From Schizochytrium sp. TIO01 (Eukaryota; Protista; Bigyra: Labyrinthulomycetes), in contig SMSO01000006.1 of assembly GCA_004764695.1 (NCBI GenBank), positions 511,859 through 575,858 on the forward strand: DNA of 64,000 nucleotides, given 5' to 3'. The position numbers and the translations under genes are program-made. Under the pieces are notes generated by a model that was given only the letters and a program-made list of their open reading frames with translations, had not been told where the DNA came from and did not search any database. Shown here in pieces: positions 39,169 through 52,822 of the stretch. Every line of letters starts with the position of its first letter. Positions within the stretch are counted from its first letter, which is position 1.

Positions 39169-39414
39169 TCCTTTCTTTCGAGCCTAAGCCGACTTGACTG
39201 CTTCAAGTTCCGCACAGCTCGAAGAAAAGAGCTCGAAGAAGAAGAAGAAGGAGGAGGAGGAGAATAAGGAGAGCCTGAAGAACGAGCGCTGTTCTGGCTA
39301 GCTTCAACTTGGGTACCGAGTTTGCAGCTTGCAGAAGGAAGGAAGTGTTTTCTTCCAGAGAGCCTTTGCTTCTTCCTTCTTTTGGGTCTCGCCGCGTCGA
39401 GGTGTAGGGGGTGG

Positions 39415-39499
39415 CATACATACATGCATACATACATACTTACAGACTTACTTATATTACAATACAAAGGCACATACATACATACATACATACATACAT
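39415..39499. repeat. Interrupted (CATA)n microsatellite
   Basis: Read directly. Confidence 0.85.
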
Positions 39500-41921
39500 C
39501 GCACAGAACTGAATGAAAGGAGATGAGATGAAAGGAGAAGAAACGAAAGGAAGCGAGATCAATGAATGAGTGAATGAATGAGTGATATATATATATAGAG
39601 AGAGAGAGAAATGTCAACCTGCGTTGCAATTAGTCAGTCATTCCTCGCTTTTTCTGCCAAAGACATCCGTGAGAACAGGCAGTTAAGTTAACGGGGCAGG
39701 TACCCTAGCTGCCTTCTCTAGACCAGACAGTACCTACCTTCTTGGCCGGCTGTTAGTTGGTTGGTTAGTTCGTTAGTTAGTTAGTCAGTCAGTCAGTCAG
39801 TTGTAGTAATTGTGCCATTCTGCGATTGCACCATCATCCGCATCATCATCGTCGAAATCTGGCGCTAGGGCCGCCCTACCGGTTGGTTTAGCAGTAGGAC
39901 AGATCGGGCGCGAGAGAGAAAGGAACAGAAGCGAATGGTTCTTTCAGAAAGTAAATTGATCTACTCATCAGCTGTTTGTCGCGTCATTTCCACTCCTGAA
40001 AAGCCCCCCGTTTCTGCCTACGACACGCATGCATGAACGTAAATGACATATCATAACTCCGCTCACTCACTCGCTCGTCCATCGGTGCTCGTGAACTCGA
40101 TGATTGAGCTTGCCTCGAGAGTTTTGATCGAGTCTTTCGAGGGCTGGCTAAGTGAAGACTTGGGTTTTGGCTTCGGCTTCTTCGATTCAAGTTAGTTCCT
40201 CAAGGTGCGTGCCTTTTCCAAGTCTTTTTGATTGTTTGCTTGCAATCAGCTGCTCAGGTCTTCGCAATCGAGGCTTTGAACCTCCTCCTGGAGCCATCCA
40301 TTGACTTAGGAACTGCTTCTTCAGCTTCTGCTTGAAGTTTAACTTTTGCTATAGCTTTAGGTTGCTTGCTTGTTTGTTCTTCTGGTTTTTTGCTAGTTTG
40401 GAGCCGTCGGGGCATTCGGGTCGCTGTTCTGAGAGATAAAAGCCCGCATTTCAAGGGGCTTTTGCTCTAGCTTTCGAATGCTTTCCGTTTCGTCTTGTCT
40501 TATTTTCATACGGACCGTTTGCAATGGCTTTCTCTTTTTGTGCAAACGATGCCCTTTGTCCTTCAACTCGGTCGATGCCAAGATTTGCCAATGTATGCCG
40601 CAGAAGCGATTGCAATTCAACAAGTAAACACGCGCTCAGAGGGAGTCTTTGGGGCGATGATCGATCGATGGGCAGTGAGTGAGTGAGTGGTTTATGAACC
40701 TAATCTAGCCAGCGTCTTGAAATTCGATTCGCAAATAACTACTCTCCAATTTCCTATAAAAGTGATCGTCGTCATCCATCAAAACGGGGCGATGCACAAT
40801 ACTGCGCGTGTGTGCTTCATTCATTCGCCTTTCTCCTTTCTGAAAAGAGTCCATTTCAAGGGCCAAATCGCCTCGGCAATCAGGAACCTGTTCGCTAGAT
40901 TCACCATCGAGTCAAACACAGATGATGCCATTTGGTTGATGTCATCGCGGCCCAACACGATCGATAATGCGATGATCGCAAAGGAATGTCTGCAACAAAA
41001 TACAAGAGAGTACAAACCCAGCCAGAGCATTTGCCTAAGAACCTCTGAATCCTCAAGCTATCGACACCTATCAACTGTAATTCTTCAGCCACTGTAAATA
41101 CAAATATTTTTTTTTTTTTTTAAAATAAATAAATATAACCCACCAACACAGTCTCCTCCTCCAGTACATACATGTAAGCTCACCGCGCATGCACTTTCTG
41201 GTCTAAATTTTGACGCTACGAGTCACTTACCATCGCCTACCCCGGCGTTTCCTCTTACTACTCTTAGCGGAGCAGCATTCACGTTTAGCCATCGTCGGCT
41301 TTCGATGTATAGAGAGAGAGAGAGAGAGAGAGAGAAGTAGCAATGATGGCGACGGTCGCTGGATCGCTGGACACGTTTCGTGATCTCGATACCCTTATCT
41401 CCACGAGGGCCGACCTCGACGAGCTCTTCTTTGCAGCTTCTCCGCAGATTTGGCACTCTAGTCAATTTGCGGTTGGGCCTCGAAATCGATGCGAAATGTA
41501 ATGTACCAAATGCCCCTGAGTCTGTCTGTCTTGAAATCGATCATTTTTTATTTGTTTACCATTTTTGTTATCTTCATCACCATCTTACTTATTGTTTTCT
41601 CTGGCTGGCGGAGGTAAGGTACCTCACTACCTCTACGTAAGCAAGTAAGCAAACGCATCGGAAATGAGCGAATGAGAACTCTCTCTCTCTATCCATATAC
41701 GTGGATATATATATATATACATACAGAGGTAGGTAGGTAGGTGAGGTACCTATTGCTTCCTAGGCAGGTAGGTGCGTCCATCATCCATCGCCGTTTACTC
41801 TAGATCGAGCTAGAAGCTCACTCGGTCCGGGCAGCGGCTGTTCCAATGGGGCTGTTCATCTCAGCCACTGTGCGCCATGCTCACTTCCTGTCACGCTTCC
41901 AATGTGACCATCGCTCGTTCA

Positions 41922-41961
41922 TCATTCATTCATTCATTCATTCATTCATTCATTCATTCAT
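41922..41961. repeat. (TCAT)n microsatellite
   Basis: Read directly. Confidence 0.93.
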
Positions 41962-42516
41962 CATCATTCATGAGTAGCTAAATCTGCTCGCGTGGTGCCT
42001 TTTAATAGATTTCGTTTATCTGTGCGTTGCGTTGCGGTGATCTTTGATCTTTCTAATGTAGCCTATAGAGTGAATGTGAGGAGCAGCGGGAAAGCTCAGG
42101 TTCGTACGCGCAGGAAGAGCTTATCTCTGCGCAGCCACGGCTTCAGATAAGAGCATCCTCCTATTCAGCTTTTCAATCAACACTCCAAAAGCTTGAAGTT
42201 TTTATTTTTTTATTTTTTTTTTTTTTTTTTAAATATTATTATTATTATTAATCTTATAGATTTTAAATAAATAATTTACCGTAGCCGCACTAAGCGCCGT
42301 GATAATAGTCTTTGCGCCATGATCATTTCGGTTTTCATTTCCAACAGCCAGACTGACTGACGCACATTGCGCTCCAAAATTTTCACCTCTTGCTAGAAAT
42401 AAGTAAGTAAACAAATAGATAAATAGCTTTAAGCTTGAGATTGACAGAAAGTATAATGAGTAATTAACATCCAGACTCGCTGAAACAAGTGGAGAAACCT
42501 TCCCTAAAAGCTATAA

Positions 42517-42563
<47 letters not shown>
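42517..42563. repeat. (AATC)n microsatellite
   Basis: Read directly. Confidence 0.95.
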
Positions 42564-42825
42564 GGTATCGTTCTCCATTATGATCGTCACTCACTCTTCG
42601 AAACAACAGAGACTCACTGAGTGAGAGGAGTCCCTTGAATCCTCAAATACCCTCCTTTCCCATGTACCATCGACCTGGAAGGGGTGTACTGGGGGATTAT
42701 GACTAGGTCAGATCCGGAATGCGTCGCACTGCCACGGTCCCAATTTCGCCCGACGGAAGGAACGAGCGACAACCATGCAGACGCCCCACCGCTCTTTCTC
42801 TTTCTTTTTCGTCTGCTTTTCTTCC

Positions 42826-42906
42826 TTATTATTATTGTTCTTGTTGTTGTTGTTGTTGTTATTATTATTATTGTTATACTTCTTCTTCCTATTATTAAAA
42901 TATACA

Positions 42907-42945
<39 letters not shown>
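42826..42945. repeat. Compound (TTA)n/(TTG)n/(CT)n/(AT)n microsatellite cluster
   Basis: Read directly. Confidence 0.9.
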
Positions 42946-42953
42946 CAGCAATT

Positions 42954-43226
42954 AAAGAGATGAAAAACTGAAGGATTCCCAATAATTTACAAAGCGTATG
43001 TTTTTTTTTTTTTTTTTTTTTTTTTAAACTTTATATTTTATGGAATAAAATAAAATAAAGTTTCATTTAAATATACATAAAACCTGAAAGAAAGAGATGA
43101 AAAACTGAAGGATTCCCAATAATTTACAAAGCGTATGTTTTTTTTTTTTAAATTAAAAACTTTATATTTTATGGAATAAAATAAAATAAAGTTTCATTTA
43201 AATATACATAAAACCTGAAAGAAAGA
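42954..43226. repeat. Recent tandem duplication of a ~135-bp AT-rich unit
   Basis: AAAGAGATGAAAAACTGAAGGATTCCCAATAATTTACAAAGCGTATG-polyT-...-CATAAAACCTGAAAG occurs at 42954-43090 and 43091-43221. The copies differ only in and around the poly-T tract. Confidence 0.95.
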
Positions 43227-43974
43227 CCCCGATTGGAAGATGAAGGAATAGCGGAGACAATCATACGATGTATTAGTCTGTATAATTTTGTGGTACAAAA
43301 GAAATTGATAACCAAGCAAATAAACACGTCACTACAAAACATAATAAAATCAAAAAGGCAATCAATCAGTCAGTCACAATGAATCAATCCTCAATTAGTC
43401 AATAAAAAAAAATCCATCAATCGCTGCGGAGATAGATTTCTATCTTCGAGTCACCTTCTTTGGGCTCTGCAAGCTTGGCTTTGGCCTGCGGACGTTTGCC
43501 AGCGCGCACCAATCCTGGCTGGCTTGGAGGCCTCGAGGCCGCTGGCTGGCTGTTTCTGTTCCTTTATTGAGTTTTGCTTGGTTTGCTTAGTTTGTTTTAT
43601 TGGGTGTTCTTTGTGTCTTTGTTCGTTTGTTTGTTTCTTTCTTTGTTTCTTTCTTTGCGGGAGCGGGCCGAGGCCTGCGGCACTCCTGGCTGGCTGGCTA
43701 GCTGGCTAGCTAGCTACTAGCTACAAAGGCCGCTTTGAAGGTCCTGGTGAACTAGTTCCTAGGTACCTACCTACCTCCTACCTAAATGCTGCCTCGGGTT
43801 GGAAGTCGTCAAGGCGAGGATACGCTTGTTTCTTTCTCTCCTGTGGCTCCTTTTAAGAGCATTCTTCCTCCAAACTCACATTTGCAGCCTTTTGAGGCGA
43901 GAAGATACTGCCATTCTTCTTCAGGCGTTCTCTTTCCCTCCTCCTTCAATTTTCCATCTTGTCATTCATATTAC

Positions 43975-44026
43975 TTTATTTTATTTTATTTTATTTTATT
44001 TTATTTATTTTATTTTATTTTATTTT
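43975..44026. repeat. (TTTTA)n microsatellite
   Basis: Read directly. Confidence 0.9.
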
Positions 44027-44235
44027 TGTTAACGACGATCTTTTTGTTAAGAAGGGCAATTATTGGAGTGTTGTTTTAAAAATAAAAATAAATAAATGAA
44101 CTAAAGAACATCAAAGAACAGAAAACAGTATCTCTGGGATTGGGAAAGAGGAAAATGAAAAAGACAAAGGCAGGATTTTGAAACTAGACAGACATATGGC
44201 ACGTTCTTAAAGGAGGATAGAGCACGACAAGCAGC

Positions 44236-44319
44236 TTCAACTTCAATTTCAACTTCAACTGGAGTTTCAACTTCAAGGAGTTCAACTCCAACGAGTTCAA
44301 CTCCAACGAGTTCAACTCC
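44236..44319. repeat. Compound TTCAAC-based repeat ending in 15-bp GAGTTCAACTCCAAC units
   Basis: Read directly. Confidence 0.8.
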
Positions 44320-44977
44320 GGTCTTCTTGAAGGCTGAAACGCATCGATCGCCGTTGGGAGCTGCGCCCCGCTGCACTTGATCGGCGTCTCGCGTCGCATA
44401 AGCCCCTGGCACATCGCATGATCTGCAGCTAGGCCAGCGAGCAAGGTCGGCCCGATTTCGATCTTCAACCGTGACGTGAACGAAGACCCATTTCCAAGCC
44501 CGCTTTCTTTCAGGCCAAGGCGATGGATGCTTTGCATTCCTTCTTAAGCCCGCTCTTCTGCTGCATGCACGCATGCATACATCATACGCGTATGTGCGTG
44601 CGCGGTGGCGCCCTAGAATCATCTCAGGTCACAACAACTTCAACGCATGATAATCGGGACCGCTCCTGAACATGATCTGAAAAGATCACGACAGCTGTTC
44701 TTCGCTGCCTCTGCCATTCGCAAAAAAGCGCGCTTTCTCCGCTTTGGGTGTCTGCGGGAACAAAGTCAAACCAGAAAGAAACCACACCAGCGACAGATGC
44801 ATTGCACAGGCGGATTTGTGCCTCCGGCGTCTCGACTTCTATGACTTATTCGTCTACTAATTTCAAAATTCCATTCATTCATCCATTCACTCATTCATTC
44901 ACTCATTCATTCATCCATTAATTCGTTCATTCTCTTAGGTGCTTCCCTATAAGCGGCGAAAGGAAAATAAAGAAAGC

Positions 44978-45063
44978 AACAACAACAACAACAACAAAAA
45001 CAGCATCAACAGCATCAACAGCAGCATCAACAACAACAAAAACAACAACATCAACAACAACAA
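44978..45063. repeat. (CAA)-based compound trinucleotide repeat
   Basis: Read directly. Confidence 0.9.
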
Positions 45064-45728
45064 ACTGTGCGGAAGAGGGGCTCATAGGCGTCGGCGCTGT
45101 GGCTTTGGGCCTCTTTTCCGCCCGAATGCGGCGATTTTAGCGACCTTGGGCGAAATCTGCCACGCTCCAAAGGCCGCATTTTGCGCTGATTTACACTCGC
45201 TCCCTCGCGAGGGATCTGGCGAGCGGGCGGGCGGGCGACCCCTGCAAGCAAGCTCGTCGATGCGGTCTGCAGCCAACGAAGCGGGCAGGCAGGCAGGCAG
45301 GCAGCTAGGCAAGCGAGCGAGCCCGCGCGACTTCAAGATGAGCCCGCCATCGCCGCGCTCGCGAGGGATTACGCGGGCCACCCGTTCCTCAACTCAACGA
45401 CCCGTTTCCGCAATTCCTCGCTGCCTTCGTCTTCTTCGGGTTCTCGCCAAGCTCGCGGAGTCAGTTCCTCTGCGCCAGAGCTCTCTCGAGAACCGGCCTC
45501 ATCAGCGCTGCGTGCAAGTCAGTTGAACATCGGATGGGCATTACGGCGGCGGCGTCGTCGACGACGAAGAAGAAGGAGAAGAAGAAGGAGACGCGGAGCT
45601 CGAAATCTCAGCCATCTCCAAGGCCTCCTTGCGGTCGTTCAAATGGCCACGAGAGATTTGATCGACAGGTCGATAGACTGTCACGGCAGCAGAAAGGGCA
45701 TTTCACTCCTCCTTCACGGGTCTGCTTG

Positions 45729-45797
45729 TCTTCTTCTTCGTCTTCTTCTTCGCCTTCTTCTTCGCCTTCTTCTTCGCCTTCTTCTTCGCCTTCTTCT
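45729..45797. repeat. 12-bp (TCTTCTTCGCCT)n repeat
   Basis: Read directly. Confidence 0.9.
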
Positions 45798-45941
45798 TTG
45801 CCTTCATCTGCCCGGCGCGGATACATCCTTCGGCGCGAAGATCGCTTCCTCAGCTCTCAAGCAAGACACGTACGCATTAGCCGCGGCATTCTCGCGAAGC
45901 GATCCGCTCCAGCGCAGGTCCACGCGAGGCACGTACTGTGT

Positions 45942-45973
45942 CCAAGCCAAGCCAAGCCAAGCCAAGCCAAGCC
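45942..45973. repeat. (CCAAG)n microsatellite
   Basis: Read directly. Confidence 0.92.
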
Positions 45974-46545
45974 TGTCTGCCTGCACAAGCCAGCCTCGAG
46001 AGAACCACTCGCTCGCAGGAGGGCCGTGGCCTCCTCGCTGCTGCAAGCGGTTTGCTCGCTTACGCCGCGGCGGCCGCCCTTTCGAGGCGCAGAAGCCGTG
46101 GAATTACAGGGGCCAAGGGCTTACGCGTACCTTTTTTCAAACACACAGAGCAACGAAGAAGCAAAGGAACGATCAAAGAAAGCATCAATGACAAATCCAT
46201 CAATGCAAACTCAATCAGTCCCAGAACTTGAATATGCTACAACGTCTTGCGCGCGGGAATCGAGCGCGGCCGCATCTTGGCAACTCCGGGGTCCCGCCTG
46301 AGTGACCCTTGCACCGCTGCTTTTGCTCATCAGATGCATTATGATGGCCTGCTTTCTCTATCTAGAGGATCAGATTTCGTTAGATGATGCGGGCGGTCTC
46401 CGTTTTCTTTCATGATTTGGGCATTTTTGTAGTAAATAGATAGATAGTTACAAACTTCATTTTACAAAAGGAAGGCCAAAGTTTAGATGAGAAAGGCACA
46501 TCCATCAGATTCTATTTTCTAATTTATTCTACTTTATTCTAATTG

Positions 46546-46587
46546 AAACTAAAACTAAAACTAAAACTAAAACTAAAACTAAAACTA
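46546..46587. repeat. (AAAACT)n hexanucleotide repeat
   Basis: Read directly. Confidence 0.92.
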
Positions 46588-47733
46588 TTTTTAAAATAAA
46601 AAACAAATTATTTTGAGAACTAATTAATGTAAATTTAAAATTGAGAAAAAGAAGAAAGGGCAGTATGCAAGAAATGGTGAAATCGGAAAGGCTGTTACAT
46701 ACATGTCCAGAGCTTCTCAAGCTAGAAATGGTTCCGGGTACCGACCAGGAGCCGGAGGTGCACGAAAAAGATGTCTTCTTCTTCCGCGATGTCTTTGAAT
46801 CACTTTCATTCAATAAGCGAGGCTTCTCCAAGAAAGGAAAGTATCCTCCCCGTACTTCTTAGGGTTCTTGTGAGTGCCGCACTTCGCGTTCTACGGCTCT
46901 TCGGCGCTTCTTGCTGCAAGAAATGAATAAAGAACTGCCCTTCTTTCGAGTTCTTCTGCTGCGGTGAGTATGGCGAGCTTGAAATTTGACTGCACCTCTG
47001 CAAATTTCCACCTCTGCCGCATGACGGTCCAGTCACAGTCAGTGCCCTCCTTGCGATTGACCAGAAATCTGCCTGCCAGAGGCCGTGTTGATCATACACC
47101 AAACTCTCTCCGTCTGCTCTTTCCGTACCTACCCTCCCAAGCCGCTGCTCGTCTTCGCAAACGCTGACATCAGACGAGACGGACTTTATGATCCTGAGCG
47201 CCATCATAAGCCCCATCGTATGCACCGCTTCTCTAGCACCCTCCTACTGCCAATGCTAGGTCCTTGCTTCCCTCTTATCCCTGGAGGGCACGAATCTAAG
47301 GCAGCTAGCTACAAACAATCTATCAAATTCTAACCGTGGCGACGAAGCACTCTTCAAGCAAGCAAGCAAATAAGTTTGCCTGCCTGGAGCCGGCCTTCGA
47401 GCGGACTTGAAATGGGCGCCTTCAGGTTTCCAGACGCGCAAGCGAATCCTCGAGGCCAGCTTGGAAACGAACTTGAGAGAAAACAAACAGCTTGCTTGCT
47501 TGCTTTCGTGCCATCCTTTTTCCCTTTCAGAGGGTAGGTACCTAGAGAGTCAGGGGTGATAGCTTAAAACCTTTTAGCGACTTTTGGGTTTTTAAAAAAA
47601 GCCAAAGCATCCATCACTCATTGGCCAGGTAGGTACCGAGGAAGGTACGTACGTACCTATTTTGCTACCAAAGGGTGCCGGTGCGTGCTTACCTTCTCTG
47701 CTTAGTTTGACCATTCTGTCCTGTTCAGACTTA

Positions 47734-47838
47734 TTCTTCAATTCTTCAAGTTCTTTCTTCAATTCTTCAAGTTCTTTCTTCAATTCTTCAAGTTCTTTCT
47801 TCAATTCTTCAAGTTCTTTCTTTCTTTCTTCAAGTTCT
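47734..47838. repeat. 21-bp minisatellite TTCTTCAATTCTTCAAGTTCT x4 plus one variant
   Basis: Read directly; the minus strand translates as (KKELEEL)n. Confidence 0.92.
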
Positions 47839-48180
47839 TTCTTTCTTTCTCTTTCTCTCTCACTTCGAATGATGATCTACTTTCTTCTTTTTTTCCCACC
47901 ACCTGAACCGGCACAGAACGCCTCCAGGAGACAGGCGCCCTCAGTCCCCCGATGAAATGCATTTCCTCGATTTCCTCGAGTTCCTCAATTTCGCGCCGCC
48001 GGGCCCTCGACTCGCGTGGCGGCCTGGTCTCCGGCGCCGTGGCTTGGCGTGGAGCCGCAGGAGAGCGCCCGCAGAGCGTCCAGCGAGGCCCGGGAAGACC
48101 CTGGAGGCCTTCGATGATGCTTGACTGCTGCTGTGGCAATCCTATGACCAATCAATCAATCTATCTGCCAATGTATCTAT

Positions 48181-48212
<32 letters not shown>

Positions 48213-48325
48213 CTTGGAGGAGGTTCGTGACGCGGAGTGCGACAGCAGCTCGTAGGGAATCCTAGTGGCCATTTAGCGCGACTGTTGCGATTTGAAGATT
48301 TCGATTTTTGAAATCGTCGAGCAAA

Positions 48326-48421
48326 ATTCAAAGTTCAAAGTCCAAAAATTCAACGTTCAAAATCAAAATCAAAGCTCAAAGTTCAAAGTTCAAAGTTCAA
48401 AGTTCAAAGTTCAAAGTTCAA
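48326..48421. repeat. (TTCAAAG)n heptanucleotide repeat, degenerate on the left and perfect on the right
   Basis: Read directly. Confidence 0.9.
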
Positions 48422-50000
48422 TCGGAGCGGCGCGAGCTCGCGGTTTGTTCGTTTGGGAGATGCTCGGGTGGCTCGGCGGCAGGCAGCTCCGGCGGGATGA
48501 CGCCGCCCGCCAGCCAGCCAGCCAGGCTAGCTCAGGTCAGGCTAGGCTTGCCCAGCAGCCTGCTTGTCAAGAAAGTCGAGCATGAAGCTGAAGAAGCGTG
48601 GCCAGGACCTCGTTTGGAATCCCTGAGGTTGCACCTTCAAGCGCCAGTAAGCGATTCTCGCAAGAAGCCTCTTCGGCGAAGACGCGAACCCGAACTCGGA
48701 CCCGGACTCGAAGTCTAGTTTCCAAGCTATGGCTGGCTAGCCTCTGCTGCGTCGAGGGTGCAGGAGCAAGCTTGGTACCGACTGCTGCTACCGGCACCGC
48801 GTCAGCAAGCTCCATCCAGGTTACAGTTGAGGAGAGGAATTACAGTTGAGCAGGAGAATTACTCACTGACGAACTTGTTAGCGGGCAGGAGGACTAGCTA
48901 GCTAGCTAGCTAGCCAGCCAGCAGCTCGTGCATCGCTGGACGCCTTCGGGGCTGTAGAGCTTGCTGGACACCGGAAGGGGGCGACATCTAGTCCTGCCAA
49001 CCAGGAACATCGTCCCAGTCAGGCGGGCTCTGAAGTCCAACTCCACGATACAGATCGTCGCAAGATGGTGGCCACTACTGTGAGTGATTCCTACGGCCAC
49101 AGATTCATCATCGCCATTTCGGGCGCAACTCGGGAGGTGAAACCTGCGGCTGCTATGACGATATTTCAACAAGGTAGGGTTCCTATTCCAGGGCGCTCGT
49201 ACGTGCAGCGAGTGGAGTGGTGGCTTTTGCCTCTTCAAGACTAGAATTGGCCTTACCTACCTGCGCAGCTCTGTGGAGACAATGAGGCTGAGAATAGATT
49301 TGTGCTGCCGAGCTGCTCGAGACGCGACGATGAATTTTGAGGCAGTGCTTTCAGATCTCAAATCTCGCTGTTACGCATATCAACCGACGACATTTCATTT
49401 GTTTCATCTCGCTTTTTTACTTGGACTTCATACATATTTGTGATATTCATTCATTCATTCATTCCTCTTTTCAGGGTGTACCAGTAATGTAATTTGGTAG
49501 CTTTATTTTAATTTTGTTTTAAAGTAAACATTTTAATATTGACTACAGAAGTATTTATAAAAAGAAAAAATATCGTCTCAGGCTCTTTTACATTTACATT
49601 TTTGTTGTTGTTAATAAAAATATTTTTGTTACAAGTATTAAAAAAAATAATGAAAAATTGAATGAAACTAAATTGTTTTTTATTTTTTTTATTATTATTA
49701 TTAACAGATAAAAAGAAAAGAAAAAGAAAAAAGGCGCCATAGTATGTAAGTAAATAAGATGTTTTGATCACCTGCATCGAAGTTGAACCCAAACTATACG
49801 CTCTCTGAGTCCTTCCTCTCCACTCTACAGACGTGGTACCTACCTCCGTTCTGCTCAAATCTTGGAACAATAAATACACATCACAGAAGAGTGATTTTCG
49901 CGTGAAATAAGCAGTTTACATCAATTCGCAGGGTCTCGCACCCATCGAGTTTGCTCATTCAGCGCCATTATAAACAAAGAGAGAGAAAGAGAGAGAAAGG

Positions 50001-50034
<34 letters not shown>
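50001..50034. repeat. (TAGA)n microsatellite
   Basis: Read directly. Confidence 0.93.
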
Positions 50035-50035
<1 letters not shown>

Positions 50036-50371
50036 GCACATCAAATCGCCCTTTCGTTGATTCGCTGGAGTTTGCTTAGTTCTTCTACCAAGGCAGGCGG
50101 CCAAAACGTGCGTATTCGACGCGGGGGATGAAATCGAGCTGCCGCGCGTCCTTGGCGTTTACGAGGATCTTCGGTTGTGCAGGAACAGCTGCCGAGATCC
50201 CAAGGCTGAATCGCCTCGGTGAGTCCATCCTTTGCTGCGTTCGACTCGGGCAGTGAGCAATCATTCGACCGAAGTCGCTGCAGCGTAAGGCCATTAAAAA
50301 GTCATACTCTCCAAAACGTTCAGAGTCCTGCACAAACCGTGAAGAAGCAAGCTCTCAGGAACGAAAGCCTA

Positions 50372-50472
50372 TCAATCAATCAATCAATCAATCAATACAC
50401 CAATTAATACATATCAATCAATGCATCAATCAACACATATCAATTGCATCAATCAACACATATCAATCAATC
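50372..50472. repeat. (ATCA)n tract with an internal duplicated TGCATCAATCAACACATATCAAT unit
   Basis: Read directly. Confidence 0.85.
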
Positions 50473-52572
50473 AGTCGAATTACCCCTGTTTCATTCATTC
50501 CGTTGGCCATTCGTGGAACAAAACAAGAACAGCGGTATCTTCTTCGACTCGACTGAAGCTGCATGGTTTGGATGCCAGGCAATGAATGAATGAATGAATG
50601 AATGCATCGCGATCTGCCAAAGCCGAAGAGACAGACGGCTTGCGTGAATGGAATGGAATGGACGTCCTCGTGATCATCGCAGTAACTAATGCCACTGCGA
50701 CGATCACACTCCACCAACGAGGAACGAACTAACCAGCCGCCTTAACTAAGTTCGTTTGGCATCCTAAGAGAGAGCGATGGTGACTAAAAAGTTTCCCACA
50801 ATGAGAAGCGAAGAAGCGATTAGAAGGAGTATCGCAGCAGTAGCACATAGATAGGAGCCGCCTAAGGATCGCTCTCGCTAGGTGCACCCCCTGCAGATTC
50901 AAATATCCACTATCTATGCTGAGTCAAGTTAGTCGTTTGTCAGTTAGATTAGTTAGTTTAACTATTGCGAGTTATTGCGAGTTAGTTCTTTCAGTCAGTC
51001 AGTCAGTCAGTCCTCTGTGGCGGAAGGATCGTGCCATGATTCGTCAGCAACGGCCGTCAGGCGAGTGCTGGCATACATTGCGGCTGGCCGAGGTACCGCG
51101 GCAGTCCCGAGTCACTGGCTGGCTGGTGCAGTGCAGTGCAGAGCAGTGCGTGACTTGCAGGGGTGCAAGCAGGATGAATGAATGAGCGCAGAATGATCTG
51201 CCGCATGCAGGATGCTGAAGAGCGACGAGGAGCGAAACTTTGGCCTCTTGGGATAGATAGAGAGTTTGGCTGTTTGATTGCGGAGGGGAAGACCAGCTGG
51301 GGGCGGGTGTGCGTGCGTGCGTGCAGGCTCGCGATCCCCGGCCTGGAGATCTTCTTGGTTGATGCAGAGCTGAGCTTTCGCGGAGGACTTAAAGAAGCTG
51401 GTTGCCAAAGGATGGAACAACAACTATACTGCCGGTACGGGTATAAGTTGTACGAAAAGTCTCTGACGACGGCACTTCACCTGAGCGCACATTCATGCCA
51501 GGAATATTTTTCCAGCTTTGATGGGACGACGACATCTTCGCGGATCTCCAGAGCTCGCGGGCAAGCCTAAATTATAGTTCATTCGATTGTGCAAGGAATC
51601 ATGCAAATGCTGAAGTTGTTACAAAAGCTTTGCAGCGATGATCGAATTCGCTCTTGCAATCTAGCCATTTGAGAGAGGCCCTGTATATAGTTCGATGGCC
51701 TCAGGCCTGAAGTCAAGTCAAGCCTAGCGCCCGAAGCTCGAAGCTTTCTCGTCTTCTGCCCGCGGCCAGCGCAATGCATAGGTTGCACTGCCAGTTCCAA
51801 ACAAGACAACCCGCTTACGCACGCAGGCATAGTCAATAGGCAAAGCCAGCCCCGGGCATTGCAAACCTCTTGAATTCATTCATCATCTGTTGCCAGGGTA
51901 GCCCCAGGCTGTTTGTTAGCCAAGCACAGAAGTTCTGGACAGAAAGTATAGGCCCCCTCTGTAATGAAGCTTGCAGTACTCTCTCCTATTGATCCCGCCA
52001 CCTCTTGAAAGCCTCGCTACAAGTGGTATCTGAATCCATGTGGGTCCTAAAGCTTTGCCGAATCCTCGTTCTGGTCTTGCAGTCAGGCCCCGAAATCAAG
52101 TGTCGCCGCTTTTGGCTGCTCTAATGAATGAATCACCGCGACACCGAAAGCATATCTCTCAGCACAAGCCTTCAGAGCTTGTTTCCCGAGAAGCCATCTC
52201 TCGGCTGCCTTGTAATCCGTTGCCAAAGTTTGCTTGCCTGCTCGCTTGTGCAGCATAGGTCTGCTATTCATCTCGGTTCTTGGTGCTCCTGATACTCACA
52301 TTACTTTGATATCTTCCTTAGGTGGAAGCAAGCTTCCAGAGATCGCGCACTGAGGGCCGGACTAGCTCGCGAGTAGCGGCGCCGATCATTCTTTCTGAGA
52401 GGTTCTTGAGCTTCCGCGGCGACCTTCAAGTCTTTGAGTACCACAGCGAAGGTCCCTCGCCCATCCAGCTGCTGCACCAAAATCAGGTGCAAGTAAACCC
52501 ATGCCGCATTTCATGGCCCTAGTGCATTTGTGCAAAATGAGACCACCACTATATGCATAGATAGTCTCTCAA

Positions 52573-52631
52573 TAAAATACAATTACTAAAATACAATAAT
52601 TAAAATACAATTACTAAAATACAATAATTAA
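52573..52631. repeat. 28-bp unit x2 (TAAAATACAATTACTAAAATACAATAAT), itself made of two 14-bp halves
   Basis: Read directly. Confidence 0.85.
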
Positions 52632-52790
52632 GATACCGTGGTAGAGTCATGTACATCAAACAGACGAAGCGAATAAATCTATCCATCGCTGAGATGCCGC
52701 ACGAGAAGTCGATCGATAAGCGAGGGTTCAGAGACGTGGCCTTTTCCTCGCCCGCACTGTCGAGCGGTGAGTCTCTATGCATGCGGGCAG

Positions 52791-52822
52791 ACTGACTGAC
52801 TGACTGACTGACTGACTGACTG
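52791..52822. repeat. (ACTG)n microsatellite
   Basis: Read directly. Confidence 0.93.

Noticed and set aside
38961-39629. 222-aa minus-strand ORF
   Set aside because: Built from microsatellite translations (MYVC, CLSV, FVCL) with a non-ATG start.
44939-46301. Overlapping 195-255 aa ORFs
   Set aside because: Non-ATG or overlapping frames kept open by GC-rich and trinucleotide/12-bp repeats; translations are low complexity.
46546-46587. (AAAACT)n as an interstitial telomere repeat
   Set aside because: The complement (AGTTTT) lacks the G-run typical of telomeric repeats; treated as an ordinary microsatellite.
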